64,000 nt of DNA, taken from assembly GCF_006345805.1 (NCBI RefSeq), contig NC_043018.1, positions 3,534,001 to 3,598,000 on the forward strand, in the 5' to 3' direction. Every line of letters starts with the position of its first letter. Positions within the stretch are counted from its first letter, which is position 1. The translations under genes and the position numbers were made by a program. Below are positions 14,328 through 28,388 of the stretch, piece by piece. The notes under the pieces are model-generated. The model was not told the origin of the DNA, ran no database searches, and saw nothing but the letters and a program-made list of their open reading frames with translations. This DNA comes from Octopus sinensis (taxonomy: Eukaryota).

Positions 14328-14555
14328 AGGCGGTGAGCTGGCAGAATTGTTAGCTCGCCGGCAAAATACTTAGTGGTATTTCTCTGCATTTACACTTTGG
14401 AATTCATCGTTTGCCGAGTTCAAATTCCGTCGACGTCGATTTTGCCTTTCACCCTTTCGAGGTCGATAACATGAATGCTGATTGAATACTGGGATCGATG
14501 TAATCGGCTTATCCTCCCGCCCGAAATTTCAGGCCTTGTGCCTATAGTAGAAAGA
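14328..14555 (+). mobile_element. tRNA-derived SINE-A
   Basis: ggcggtgagctggcagaa head, gagttcaaattcc B box, gcctttcaccctttcgaggtcgataa core. Confidence 0.85.
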
Positions 14556-14756
14556 ACTACAGGTTAGTCGACTCAGTGGACCTGGGGCTAAGCAAAAGCA
14601 ACAGCAGTGAGAATATGACGGATGACCAAGGTTGTAACGCCTTGGTTGTCAATAGCGTCGATAAAAAAACAAAAAAAGAATAACCCTTTACTCGGTAGGT
14701 TGAGAATATCTAGCGGATGGCAGCGCTGTTTCGAGTTGAGATGGTGCACTCTAGAT

Positions 14757-15251
14757 AAACGGTCACCAAACTACGGCCCGTGTGGTCAGTTCATCCGGCC
14801 CACTACTGAACTCTACCTTTTGTGTAAGAAGCTGCAATGAGAGTTCGTTTACCTCTGGTATGGCATCAGTGTTTGGAACAACTTATGTCTGTGAGCAAAC
14901 ATTTTCAATAACGAAGAATGTGAAGTCAGCACATCGAACAAGGTTCACTGATGAACATGTGAAAGCAATTCTCTGGGTTGGATGCAGCAATTCCAAAGCA
15001 AATATTGGTGACATCTTCAAAAGCTAAACACCAGTTTCACAAATCTCACTAACCTCTTTAGGTTGCTTGGTTTGTGAGATTCGAATATGTGTGCAATGGG
15101 TCTGATAAAACTAACTTATTGCTAACTTCGCCTTCATTGATAAGTTTTGTTAAAAAATATGTTGGTTGTCTTTTATTTTTTTGTGTATTCACTGTATTGT
15201 ATTAAACAAGATGGTTATGCGGCCCGCCGTGAAAACGTTTGGTGACCCCTG
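14757..15251 (+). mobile_element. Internally deleted hAT (Charlie/Buster-like) element retaining the C-terminal dimerization domain
   Basis: TSD ctctagat at 14749-14756 and 15252-15259; TIR ggtcaccaaac/gtttggtgacc; peptide FGTTYVCEQTFSITKNVKSAHRTRFTDEH. Confidence 0.9.
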
Positions 15252-15374
15252 CTCTAGATAAAGAGGTGATGCTTTTAGAACCCCATGATGGCTGGACGAA
15301 GGGCATTGGACGCAGCTAGCACGTATGAAGGTGATTTGAGAGTCGCTGATAATTCTTGCATTAACAGATATATA

Positions 15375-15548
15375 GTCGTTGTTGTTATTGTTGTTGTTGT
15401 TGCTGTTGTCCTTCTTCTTCTTCTTCTTCTTCTTCTTCTTTCGATTCTTCTTCTTCTTCTTCTTCTTCTTCTTCCGCTTCTTCTTCTTCTTCTTCTTCTT
15501 CTCTTCTTCTTCTTCTTCTTCTTCTCCTTCTTCTCCTTCTTCTTCTTG
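15375..15548. repeat. (GTT)n/(CTT)n microsatellite
   Basis: Direct reading. Confidence 0.95.
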
Positions 15549-15797
15549 TCATCATTAGTGTTGATGTGACTTAGCGGAATCGTTAGCGCGTCGGACAAAA
15601 TTCTTAGCAACATTTCTTCCGGCTCCTTCAGTTCTGAGAACAAATTTCTCCGAGTTGACTTCATCCTTCATGACACATACACTCAATGACACGAATCCCC
15701 ACCACCACTACCACCACATAAGCAGGTATGGGATTCAATGCTCTATATAACATAAACACGTTTCAGCAAAAACCTATGTAGGTACGTATGTATGTAT

Positions 15798-15838
<41 letters not shown>

Positions 15839-15937
15839 TAGCAGGAAGCTTTACGAAAATAAACAAAAGACGAAGGCAGGTGGAGTACAAACAAACAATT
15901 GTATTAGTATGGCGCTCAGAAATAGAAATAAAACAAG

Positions 15938-15975
15938 TCTTTTACGTTTCGTGCTTACGCTCTTCAACAGAAAGA
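15938..15975 (-). ncRNA. Minimal hammerhead-like motif, U6 variant, in a short (TA)n-flanked repeat (15840-16040)
   Basis: Minus strand tcttt-CTGTTGA-a-gagc gtaa gcac-GAAAC-GTA-aaaga; second copy at 47750-47784. Confidence 0.5.
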
Positions 15976-16058
15976 TACACAAAAAAAAACACGGAGAGAA
16001 ACAAGGAGAGAAAAAAAATGCGTGCAGGAGCTAACGAATCAACATATATATATATAAT

Positions 16059-16112
<54 letters not shown>

Positions 16113-16115
<3 letters not shown>

Positions 16116-17280
16116 TATTATAAAAGGCAGATTTTATCTGCCTCCCTTTGTAAGTTATAGAAATCTACAATATAGGATTTCTTCAATTACAATTTACCTA
16201 GCATTTTTAGAGTAGAATGCATCGGGTCATGCCAGGTCCAGTTTTTAAAATTTAAACTCCAATTAAGCAAAATTTACAGAAAACTCACATTCTGGTGTGT
16301 ATGTCAAATGCTTTTCTTAGTCTGGTTTACAGCACACGCAAACGCACACACACAGTGTGCAACGAATAAAGTGAAACTAGATGTAATATTTGTTTCTGTC
16401 TATCACGCTGATAGATACATGAGTAAAATGTATGGGAAGCTAACAGATAAGAGTGAGTGAAAATGTTCTTGGAAGAGAGTAAATTAGCGACAGAGTGATT
16501 TGAGGAAGACTAAACTGAAAGTATGAAACAGTGTTTATGTATAAACAGACGACACTTATATAAACCCTTTCGTTACCAAACCGCCCGATTTACCTATTCA
16601 TATTTAAATGAGAATATCAGAGTAAATCTCTTTAGTACATTCGTGAAAACACGTATTATACTTCGTAAACACTTCAAATACAGTTTTGTACAAAAATCGA
16701 AGTGTAATTTTAATTCCGTGAATTATGGGAGATTTTTTTCCGAAATTTGTTCCTATTGTGTTTTCAAAATTTGTAATTCTGACAAAAAATGGATACGAAT
16801 TTCATTATATCAAGCAGCGAGTCAGAATTCGAAGGATTTTCTACTGAAGACCTTCATAAATCTAACTCTATGACTGAAAAAAAAAAGCATCTTTATATAA
16901 GAGTGAAGTTGTGTGTCTGTCCCCTTCGATTTAGATTCGTAACTACTCCCACATTTTGCGGTGCAGTTTAACCAAAAGCGGGTATCTTATAGTCGTGATT
17001 CATATCGAGCCCTTCTGGGTATTAGCGCGCGTCTACGATGAGTCTACGATTTTAAAAAAATTACCATCATATTTTTCCATTTTAATGCATTTTTTTCGCT
17101 TTTATATAAGGGAAGTAACTCTCTAAAAATATCTACGATGTGTCAACGATTTAAAAAAAAATTTACCTTAATTTTTTTCAATTTTTTATGCATTTTTTTG
17201 CTATTTTTGGCTATAACTCTCTAAAAATGCTTATATAGTTATTTCCCTTACAACCTGAGCAACGCCGGCGATACTGCTAG
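16113..17280 (+). mobile_element. Non-autonomous Helitron (composite, second TC 5' end at 16890)
   Basis: 5' TC..ATAAAAG starts at 16113 and 16890; 3' GC-rich hairpin remnant cctgagcaacgccgg then CTAG at 17277-17280; A|T insertion site. Confidence 0.75.
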
Positions 17281-17343
<63 letters not shown>

Positions 17344-17553
17344 TTATTTATATATATATATAAATATGTATGTATATACGTATGTATTTATTTGTATATA
17401 TATAGGAATATGTTTACGTTATATGTATACATACATACATAAATGGGTCAATAAAATAAGTACCATTTGAATCTGGAGTCGATGCAAATGGTTTATCCCC
17501 TTCCCCGAAATTACAGGCCTTGTACTAAAATTATTATTATTATTATTATCATT

Positions 17554-17630
<77 letters not shown>

Positions 17631-17725
17631 GCGAGAGCAGGGCAGTACATGCCATCAAGGTGACACTGGGGTAAAATATACGAAACCCAGTATACTCATC
17701 ATGACTAGGAGTCTGATACGATCCA
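17631..17725 (-). mobile_element. Terminal fragment of family X with its (TAA)n tract (17530-17630)
   Basis: Reverse complement of 60545-60630. Confidence 0.8.
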
Positions 17726-17728
17726 GAG

Positions 17729-20230
17729 TGTGATGCATAAATGTTCGCGGCCTGTGGTCAGCCTAGAAGCAAAGTGGCTTGCTCAATGACCTCAGGTCGC
17801 TAGGTTTGGATGTGATAGCAGCCGGTGAGACCAGGATTTCCGACACACGCGATCTCGCACACATTTTCAAAGATTATGAGATCTACGCCTCTCTTAGTCG
17901 GTCCGGAATGGGATGCGAAGTGAAGAGCTGTTTAGGAAAAGTCTGGATCTCGAAATTCAGACGATCTTCCTGGAGTCGGAGGGTAAGTTGGTGGTCCTGG
18001 ACGTGAGTGACAGTGAAGGTGGTGCCTTTAAACTAGTTGCCTTTTACGCCCTCCATGGGGGCGGAGCAGCCAGATTTCTTCTGGCGTTTAGAGGTTTTTC
18101 TTGGGACATCACGCTCTTTAATGTTAATGAATGACTGGAACGCCATCTTGGACGCACGCCTAGATAGGGTGGGGCTAGCTGATTGGGGAGTGGGGAGTAA
18201 AAACTTTACAATCCTTCTCAACTGCTTCCAGTTGGCTAACAGGTACCAACTAGATTTCCCGAATGCGCCAATGAGGACATGGGTGAACCGCATCGGGTCT
18301 TCTAGATTGTATGTAGGTAGATTATTTTGTAGATAGAAGTAGTATAAATTGTGCACGTTTTAAAGTCTTCGGCTACACGGACCATAAATTTGTGATCTGT
18401 ACTGTCGACACAGACAGGATCCATAAACAGGACCCCGAGTTAGCAAGTTAGTCAATCGAGTGTTGGTTGGCGCAATCATCAACAACCGTTGATGGATGGT
18501 CCTGAAAAGGGCTATTAGAAAAGAGGCGGTAGATTTTAGTAAGGAAATAGCGTTAGATGAATCTAGGATAGAGAGAAACCTAATTAGGAAGCTAGAAGAG
18601 GCGCTTAGGAAAGGCATAGCGACCGACGTGCGGGCAGCAAGATTGGTCCTTGATCAATTCTTCAATGTCAAGCACGGAGGGTGCCTTGTCAGAGATAATA
18701 CGCGTGCAGTGAGACGGGAATGGACGAAATCTGTTCGATGGGCCCGGGTGGCAGAAGCGCGTCGTGGAAACAAGGCAACAATTCGGTCTTTGGCGAGCTG
18801 TGGTGGACGCATGATAACCGAGTCCAAGCAGATGTGTGCGGAATTTCAGTGATACTTCACCGAACTGTAAGAGGGGCGCGGTGATTCAGTTGGTGGTTCT
18901 GGTGGTTCTCAGTGGCGTACCGCGTCTCTCGGCCAAGAATGCAGAGTTCTGCGAAATGCCGATAACAGCCGAAGATATACGGGACGAGATAAAGTCTTGC
19001 GCAAGAAAGAAGTCTCCGGGACGGGATGGTCTGCCCTTTCAGCTTTATTTTCATATGCCAGACTTGTTTGATGGTCTCCTGACAGATTTCTACAACAACT
19101 GGCAGCAGAACGAAAGAATTTCCAGTGCTTTGAGCTGTGGAGTGGTGGTGCTGTTGAGGAAAGACCTGGACAATTGGAACAAAAGTTGATCATTTCAGGC
19201 CTTAACTCTGCTGGATGCAGATTACAAGATTTTGGCCAGGGTATTAGCCAAGAAGTTAGCGCTTGTCGTCTATAAGCTGGTTGGTGACACTCAGACATGC
19301 GCTATCCCAGACAAATCTATCCTCGACAATTTCCACCTCACGAGCTACATCGTAGAGAGGGTCGGTACGGAACCTGGCATGGGTGGGGGCCTGATCAATT
19401 TGGATCAGTCGAAAGCTTTTGATAGGGGCGACCACCAATTCTTGGAGACTGTTCTCGCAGCAGCGGGTTTCGATCCCATTTCAGAGGCTGGATCGCTGCA
19501 ATGTACAGACAAAGTAAATGGCCACCTATCGGAATCGTTTAGCATCGCTCGTTCGGTCCGTCAAGGATGTTGACTCTCGCCTCTTCTGTACGCACTGGCT
19601 CTCGGGCTATTGCTGCGGAAACTGGATGTTTCGATGGGCATGCCGCGTAATCTAGGATGCGGAGGGTTCGTGTCGGCTTATCCAAACGACATCACCGTAA
19701 TAGTATCAGACATCTCGGAAACTGAGATGGCCGGCACTGCTCTAAGGGTATACGAAGCGGAGACAGGGGTAAAGATCAACCAAGAGAAGTTGGTGGGCCT
19801 GCAGCTCGGCACCTGGAGAGGAAAGTCTATGCGAATTGACAGCGTTGTAGGTCACTGGACAGAAGGACCGGTTAAATTGCTCGGGGTCTGGTTTGGTCCA
19901 GACCTCCAGGTGAAAAAGAACTGGTGGTGGAAGGTGACGAGCAGGGTAGCTAATCTTACCCAGAAATGGACAGAGAGGAAGCTGTCCCTGAAGGATCGGG
20001 CGGAGGTGCCGAATGCGTACATCGCTTCCGTCATCTACTACCGCCCGACAGTCGTTCCTTGCCCTACTTCGTCCCTGATAAAGTTGGAGCGCTTGCTCTT
20101 CCACTTTCTATGGAAGGGACGTGTTCTGCTCGTCAGACGGTTCACCTACTGCGTGGAGGACTGGGCATGACGTGGCTAATGATGCGCAGAGTACGCTGAG
20201 GCTGGAACATCTCCAGCGTTTCTGCAGGTG
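17729..20230 (+). mobile_element. Decayed Tx1/L1-clade LINE ORF2 (APE endonuclease + reverse transcriptase)
   Basis: INVRGL, DVIAAGETR, NDWNAILD, KSPGRDGLP, RPLTLLDADYKILARVLA, LDQSKAFDR, SVRQGC*LSPLLY, KLLGVWFG; many stops and frameshifts. Confidence 0.92.
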
Positions 20231-21249
20231 AGATGTTTAGATCGACATTATATAATGTATCATTGGCGATTCTGCTGCTATTTCCAGTAAGTTGAACGAC
20301 CACTTTGGAGGTTCTTTTCACTACAAGCCACCCCTAATTCAGCAGATTTTTATTAAAAGCTTCGTCCTATAGCCATAGCATCTTTCGGTGCGTCAGAGGC
20401 TACATCATCGAGTGCGTTTTTTCAAACATTAGGTATGGATTTGTGTGAAAATTTTGACTGTTCTAGCATATCAAGTGACCACGATGATACTGTCTCGTTT
20501 GCTTGTTTTTGTGGTGATTTAAACACGGGACAGGCTTCGTCATACTGGGAAGACCTATGATCAAAGACATTCCCGCCATGACCAAAACATTTTTCAATTA
20601 CATTATTCAATACATTTATTATTAAAATTCTAAAATAGGATTTGTGGGAATATTTGGCTGCTATTTCTTATTGTTTGTGTAAGCTAGAAGAACCCTCATT
20701 TTGGCTCGACAAAACTTTCTATTGAATGTAACAACGAAGGAAGGATTAGATGTTTCACTCTATTGATTTCTTCGGTACAAGACACCATGGCCAGACTGCA
20801 ATATGTGCAGTTGAGTGCTACTTTATAACTTTTCTTCGCCTTTTAGTCAAGAGGAAAGAGCCCTTTACAGAGCTCATGGCCCTTTACATGGTCTCAAGAA
20901 TAGTAGAAGAGAAGTTTCCTGAAATCGGAAACCTGACTGGATAACTTGCAAATGAGCGGATTCTGCAGAAGCTGCCAAACAGCAAAAGTACGAGGCGATG
21001 GTGCTAAAGTGGGCGACGGATTAATTCTAACACCAAAGTAGGTCTCAGCCGGATTTGAACTCTCAGTGCTGTGTGCCGTAATACGGCAGAGCTTCTCATC
21101 CGATGTCGTAACACCGCTTTCAAGTCATTACCACAATGAAAACTACATCCATACTTACAAACATGCGAGCGTGCGTGATTGCGTGCGTATGTGGTACGTA
21201 CATACGTACGTGCGTGCGTGCCTGCTTGCGAGCGTGCGTGCGCGTATGC

Positions 21250-21282
21250 ATGCATGCATACATACATACATACATACATACA

Positions 21283-21316
<34 letters not shown>

Positions 21317-21424
21317 CATACATACAAACATACATACATATTTATATACACCCATACATACATACATACATACATATTTATATACACCCATACATACATA
21401 CATACATACATATTTATATACACC

Positions 21425-21456
<32 letters not shown>

Positions 21457-21714
21457 CATACACACATACATACATACATACATACATACTTACATACATA
21501 CCTACATACATATATACATGCATACATACATACATGCATACATGCATACATACATGCATACATACATGCATACATACACACATACATACATACATACATA
21601 CCTATATACATACATACATGCATACATACATACATGCATACATACATACATACATACATACATGCATACATACATACATACATACACACATACATACATA
21701 CATACATACACATA

Positions 21715-21747
<33 letters not shown>

Positions 21748-21792
21748 CCATACATACATACATACATACATACATACATACATACATACACA

Positions 21793-21825
<33 letters not shown>

Positions 21826-21984
21826 CCATACATACATACATACATACATATATCCATACATACATACATGCATACATACATACATACATACATACATACA
21901 TACATACATACATACATACTTACATACATACCTACATACATGCATACATACATACATACATATTTATATACACCCATACATACA

Positions 21985-22015
<31 letters not shown>
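21250..22015. repeat. Long (TACA)n microsatellite with a higher-order ~40-bp variant unit
   Basis: tatttatatacaccca recurs at 40-bp spacing from 21339 and again at 21961. Confidence 0.95.
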
Positions 22016-22017
<2 letters not shown>

Positions 22018-23689
22018 GTCATTTTTATACGTTATTTTATGAAAAACAAGACGTTTTTGACAGAAAATATGTAATCATTCCAAAACATATATTAAAATGC
22101 ACAATTTTTCAACATCTTGTAGGGCGTCGTGGAAAACCAGTAGACACACTCAAGTCCCTTTGGTTACTTTTCCCTGTTAGATCCTTGCTAGATATCTTAT
22201 ATTCCACAAGTGTCGGAAATGATGCCCCTCACTGAACATGCCATTGTGATATCAATGTTGCAAATCGATATCAGACAAGTTTTGAAATATCGGACATACA
22301 CATTAAAATACAGGATGGTCGGCAAATCTAGATGTGCTGCACGCAATAGCCATTTGTGTTGGAATATTTAGGGAATCCTTCTTCTTAGGGTTTGAATACT
22401 TAGGGAATCCTTCCAAACCTTAACCCTAACCCTCTCAGACCGTTTTGTGAATTAGTCAAATCTAGACTGCAGGGGAACATGTGGTACTTTGTTGTTCCGG
22501 CAAAAATTGGTCGGTGTATAAGAGAATTCCATAAGTACAGTTGCTGTTACGGGTGGAGAATCTAACGTTTCAGACTTTTCCCCTTCATCAAAGTGAGAGA
22601 GAGTGAGAGGAGGGAGGGAGAGAGAGAGAGAGGAAGGAACTATCTTTGCTTTGGTTACTTGGTACCCTTTCTGAGTGAGACTGCTCACATGTAGCAGTTA
22701 CTACGAACATGAATTTCTAACACATCTCAGACGCTCAAATGATTAACTTGTAACCACGTGCTTCTAATTTGCCAGAAATAGCAGCCGAATCCCGTAAATT
22801 ACCGTTGACCGTTTAGGAAAATAGATTGTGTAATCTTCGATAAGCCTAAAAAGACATAACAGTTTCTACAAACATGGATCTCTAAAACAACTGAAACCGT
22901 TAGAAATTTAATTGTAATCAAGAGCATCTCATCTGCTTGAAATAGCAACCATATCCAGCAAAATACGCCCTACTGTTTTAGGAAAATAGATGATGCAGTC
23001 TCGGATAAGCTTAAAAAGAAAGAAACAGAATCGAAATACTTTGATCGTAGACCTACTCAACAAGGACTCAGCCGGGACCACTTTTATGTGTGAATATATT
23101 CTTGTATTTAGAGAGAGAGAGTGGGCATGTTTTTTCCCTACACCAAAATGCATTTGTCATTTATGTTTATACACGTGACATGTCCATGGTATGTATGAAG
23201 GATATGTTTTGCTTTGACTAAACAGTGGTCGATTCTTTCGACTAAAAATTCAAGGCAGTGTTCCAGCATGGCCGCAGTCTAATGACTAAAACAAGTAAAA
23301 GAGTAAAAGAATGCGTGTTAGCGTGCGTGTGTGCGTGTATGTACACAAGTGATGGTCCCTGCAGGTTGTCTCTTCCAGACTCAAATGTTTTGCTGGTCAA
23401 CACAACGATCCGATTTGGAGAATTAGACCGCTTGCTTTGCCCTTTATCGAGGACAAAAACACAGCATTTCTTGGTTTGTGTGTAATGGCGTTGAGGAATA
23501 TTCTTATGTTCCTATGATAATAGGTACAGCTGGAAATAAATGACCAGGAAAGCAAAGCTGTATTTGCATTGCCAAAATTCAGTATAGATGGCATAAGTTC
23601 TCAGAAGTTTTATGAGACATCATATCAACAAGACAACTGACTTATACAACAGTGAGCGACTGGTCCCATGGTGGTGTATGTGAGTGAAT

Positions 23690-23775
23690 GAGTGCGTGTG
23701 TGTGTATGAATGTCTGAGGATGTGGGTATGTATATACATACATCGATATATAAGGGTGTATGTGTATTTATAAGC

Positions 23776-23825
<50 letters not shown>

Positions 23826-24763
23826 GCTTATACCTACCCATACACGCATAAATACACATACACCCATATATATCGATGTATGTATATACATACCCACATT
23901 CACATGTATATATATATATATATATATATTTGTGTGTTGTTTTATGCATAGATATACATGTATGTATATGTATATCTATATATATGTGTGTGTGTGTGCA
24001 TGTATCTATGCATGTACGTATACACACACATAATACGTACATATATACATAAATAGCATATATACATATAATATACAAATATATTATATGTATTTTTATA
24101 CACATACAGATAATACATTTATATAGGTATATATGCATGCGTGTGTGTATGCGTGTGTGTGTGTGTGTGTACATAAAGGTGCAAATGCTATGAGTCTGTC
24201 ACGACCAACGAGAGTTCAACAAGTATCAACATGATCGATGTATACAAACACTACACTGTATCACACTATACACTATAATCGATATATACACACACACACA
24301 CGTACACACGTACACACACGTACAAACACACACACACACACACAGCGAACACACAAGCAGAGGCCACAAAATAATCAATGCCCATAAACGCGCACACTTC
24401 GCCCTATGATCGATACACACCCCACTATACGTGTGATGCTCACACCTACATACATATAAGCATGTGTGAGTATATTATATATATATATATACCTACATAC
24501 ATACATACATACATATACAGATACATATATACATACATACGTACATACATACATACATAAATACATACATATATGAAGGAGAGAGAGAGAGAGAGAGTAA
24601 GCGAGAGGGAGACCATGGGCAATGCAAACATATAGAGACAACACACACACACACACACACACACAACCCAGAGACATACGCGCACAAACATTAAGCTACG
24701 ATCAATATGCAATGACGCACACACACGCTCAGACTTAACTGCATTCATACCTACATATATATA

Positions 24764-24819
<56 letters not shown>

Positions 24820-24866
24820 TATTATATATGCATACATGTACACATCTTATAAATGCATACACACAT

Positions 24867-24931
<65 letters not shown>

Positions 24932-24950
24932 GTGTGTGGGTGTGTGTGTG
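23690..24950. repeat. (TA)/(TG)/(CA)/(TACA) microsatellite field
   Basis: Direct reading. Confidence 0.9.
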
Positions 24951-25031
24951 TAGGTCCCGGGTTGAGTCGGGGTTAACCACAGTAAATAAGGTACTCAATA
25001 CATTGCAGATAAATTAATTTATTCATAAAAA

Positions 25032-25085
<54 letters not shown>

Positions 25086-25139
25086 TGCTCCAGCATGGCC
25101 GCAATCAAATTACTGAAATAGGTAAAAGAATATATGTGT

Positions 25140-25480
25140 GTCAGGCCCTCTTCGGTCATGACTGACCATGGGATTGCACCTAGAAAGTTCCCTTCTAAGG
25201 CATTAGACCAGGCAAGATTGTTTATGGAAGACCAGCAGTCGCCCAAGCATACCAGCCTCCCCTCTCCACGCCACCAGTGTTATCCAAGGGAAAGGCAAAG
25301 GGGCCGATACAACTTGGCCCTAGTGATGTCACAACTCATTCTTACAGCTGAGTGAACTGATGCAACGTGAAATAAAGTGTCTTGCTCAAGAACACAACAC
25401 GCAGCCTGGTCCGAGATTCGAACTCATAATCTCACGATCGTAAGCTCGACGCTCTAACCACTGAGCCATGCGCCTTCACA
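25140..25480 (-). mobile_element. tRNA-derived SINE-C
   Basis: Minus strand tggctcagtggttagagc (A box), gagttcgaatctc (B box); its 3' part recurs at 31058-31245 (+). Confidence 0.85.
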
Positions 25481-25507
25481 CACACACACACACAACACCC
25501 ATCAATC

Positions 25508-25823
<316 letters not shown>

Positions 25824-26617
25824 CACACGCTCAACCACATACATATACATATATAGACTACACAACTTTATCATGATCAATATATATATACACACGTATT
25901 AGAATAATCAATACTGGAATTCAAATATATTAGTGACATCGATCTGATGTATGCCTTTAAGCCTATCTCTCTTACAATGGGACGTATATTCTTTGCTACT
26001 CGACAGTAAATAAGAACCACAACCGTGCAATTATCAAGAGAGTTCTTTTACAAAGTGTCTATACGCCTATCCAGGGAATTTTAAGAGAAGCTTCATAATT
26101 GTTTTCTTGCATAGGCCAAAAAAAAAAAAAAAACATACATTTAATGAGAAGCGATAACCTCGATCAAACTAACACACAATGCTTGATTGTTTTTTTTTCC
26201 TCTACTTTTTTTTGTTGTCATCCCAAAGGATGAAAGCAAATGTGGTGTTTTATATATTTACTTTATTTTAGAGCACAAATGTTTAACAATAATGTCAGTG
26301 GTTACAGGTTTCCAGTGTACTGTACTGTATGTCTGACGACATTGTAACATTCTTGGAGAGGAATCGATGAAATTCAGACGGAATAAATATCAATAATATC
26401 GCGTTGGATATTTAATTGAAAGCAACACTTAATCACTTTTTGTTTTTTCCTTTCATTTTTTTTTGTTTTCTACTATTTACATCGCTGAAACATACTCAAG
26501 CACTCGTACATACATACATACATACATACATACATACATACATACATACATACATACATACATACATACATACATACATACATACACACACACATACATA
26601 CACACACACATACATAC

Positions 26618-26661
<44 letters not shown>

Positions 26662-26744
26662 TATATATATATATATATACATATATACTACACATACATA
26701 CATACATACATACATACATACATACACACACACACCACATACAT

Positions 26745-26802
<58 letters not shown>

Positions 26803-26831
26803 TACTTACACATACTACATACATGCATACA

Positions 26832-27430
26832 TACAAGGTCTGATCAATAAGTCTCCGGACTGTTGTCATACTAACGAAGCTAAAGCATGCAGAGTCAAGC
26901 CACTTGGTACACATTGACCTTGACCTCTGTTGTGTACGCGTACAAAGCTTTAATCTTCTAGCTCACTTCCACTGTTTACAGCAATGCTTGGAATGAAGGT
27001 GTGTAGCGTGTGATCGTTGCATTGATCATGGCAGAGAAAGTTGTCATGGCAATACCTGCTCAGAGGCCAAAGCAAAGTTGCAGAAAGTGGATGGAGAAGA
27101 GTGTATGAGCGGTTCAGACGTTTCCAAGATGGCCGAAAAAGTGTCGATAGTGACGAAAGTTCTGGAGGAACTGCAACCAGCAGAACTAAGAAAAACAGCT
27201 GTGAGCGAAAATCGTCGAATCACCATCCGTGAGTAACGAAAGGATGTGCAGATTAGTTAGGATTCAGTTCAGTCCATTATCACTGAAGATTTGGGTATGA
27301 GACGCGTGTCTGCCAAGTTTGTGCCAAAACTGCTTTCAGCTGACCAAAAGAACACTCGGGTTTCAATTGTACACAATCTCCTTGATTGTTTCGAGAACGA
27401 TAAAAACTTTCTGAAAGCTTTGCGTAGGCC
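26832..27430 (+). mobile_element. Mariner 5' fragment (TIR plus N-terminal transposase remnant)
   Basis: tacaaggtctgatcaataag terminus; VYERFRRFQDGRKSV, NRRITIRE, DLGMRRVSAKFVPKLLS. Confidence 0.85.
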
Positions 27431-27981
27431 TCTGAGAAAATTTGATGCAGATTCTCTGTGAGGTCCTGTGCCCATATATGCATATGTATATACATATATA
27501 TCTAAGTATGTACATATATATATATACGCATATCTATATATTATTTATATCATTATATGATTGGACGCAATGCATCCATTTCCAAGTAAGTTTTATCTTA
27601 ATAATTTCGATGCGACATTTATTCCATCGCTTTCTTTTTCTCTTTTCCTCTCCCATTTCGTTTCCTCTCTCTTCCTTTCTCTATTTCCTTTTATCTCCCC
27701 TTCTCCCCCTTTCATTTTTCACTTTCTCATCCTTTGCTCTCTCGTTGCTCGCACGTGACCATCAGCCATTTTCTTTCCTTCCGAAAATCGCATGCTTGTT
27801 TGTCTCTTGTCAGAGCTTTTTCCTCCGTGTTCGTCAACTCACTTCGTTTAGGCTTAGCAGCCCTTCCTGTTTGTCTTCATTGTCCTGTTTTTCAGTTCTA
27901 TATTTAAGATATGAGGAATTATATACATTAAGTACATTATTTACAATTGACGGATATTTGACCTCATCTTGTTTGTTGTTA

Positions 27982-28025
27982 ACACAACGTTTCGGCTGAT
28001 ACAACCCCCAGCCTTCATCAGGTGT
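27982..28025 (-). ncRNA. Minimal type-I hammerhead ribozyme
   Basis: acac-CTGATGA-a-ggctg(loop)cagcc-GAAAC-GTT-gtgt; palindromic AACGTT in place of helix III. Confidence 0.75.
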
Positions 28026-28073
28026 CCTGGGGTAATTTCGAACCTGGGTTCTCATTCGTAAGGTATTTTTCGA

Positions 28074-28136
<63 letters not shown>

Positions 28137-28236
28137 ATTATTATTATTATCATTATTATTATTCAGGACATATGGCGTAGTGGTTAAGAGCGCGGGCTGC
28201 TAAACCCAAGATTCCTAGTTCGATTCCAAGCAGTGG

Positions 28237-28300
<64 letters not shown>

Positions 28301-28350
28301 CATTGAAAATTATATCAGGGTTGAGAACCCAGGTTCGAAATTTCCCCAAT

Positions 28351-28388
28351 ACACCTGATGAAAGCGTATATCAGCCGAAACGTTGTGT
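28351..28388 (+). ncRNA. Minimal hammerhead ribozyme, stem II damaged
   Basis: acac-CTGATGA-aagcgtatatcagcc-GAAAC-GTT-gtgt. Confidence 0.55.

Larger units (their letters stand above)
13474..15768. repeat. About 90-bp inverted repeat pair (13474-13560 / 15671-15768) enclosing 2.1 kb
   Basis: tgctgaaacgcgtttatgttatatagagcattgaatccc.tacctgcttat matches the reverse complement of 15718-15768; similarity extends to gagtgtatgtgtca. Confidence 0.85.

Noticed and set aside
20230-21010. Possible continuation of the Tx1 element or another transposon remnant
   Set aside because: No motif I can recognise; left unannotated.
21066-22235. 389-aa ORF and the many other HTYI/YVCM/poly-amino-acid ORFs
   Set aside because: Translations of microsatellites that lack stop codons; no domain content or splice evidence.
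22415-22432. cttaaccctaaccct telomere-like motif
   Set aside because: Only about two units; not significant.
22558-22594. Minus-strand TTGATGA-aggg..ct-GAAACGTT hammerhead-like remnant
   Set aside because: U3 with G8 and weak stems I and II; probably decayed, so not counted.
23350-23660. Unique-looking sequence as a candidate host exon (also 30000-30340, 46520-46800, 63690-63950)
   Set aside because: No recognisable protein similarity in the frames I read and no convincing splice-site pair; cannot be excluded without RNA-seq.
28171-28240. Possible tRNA gene (also 25410-25480, 53310-53380, 57293-57365)
   Set aside because: A/B boxes are present but the acceptor and anticodon stems do not close, and each runs into a SINE body.
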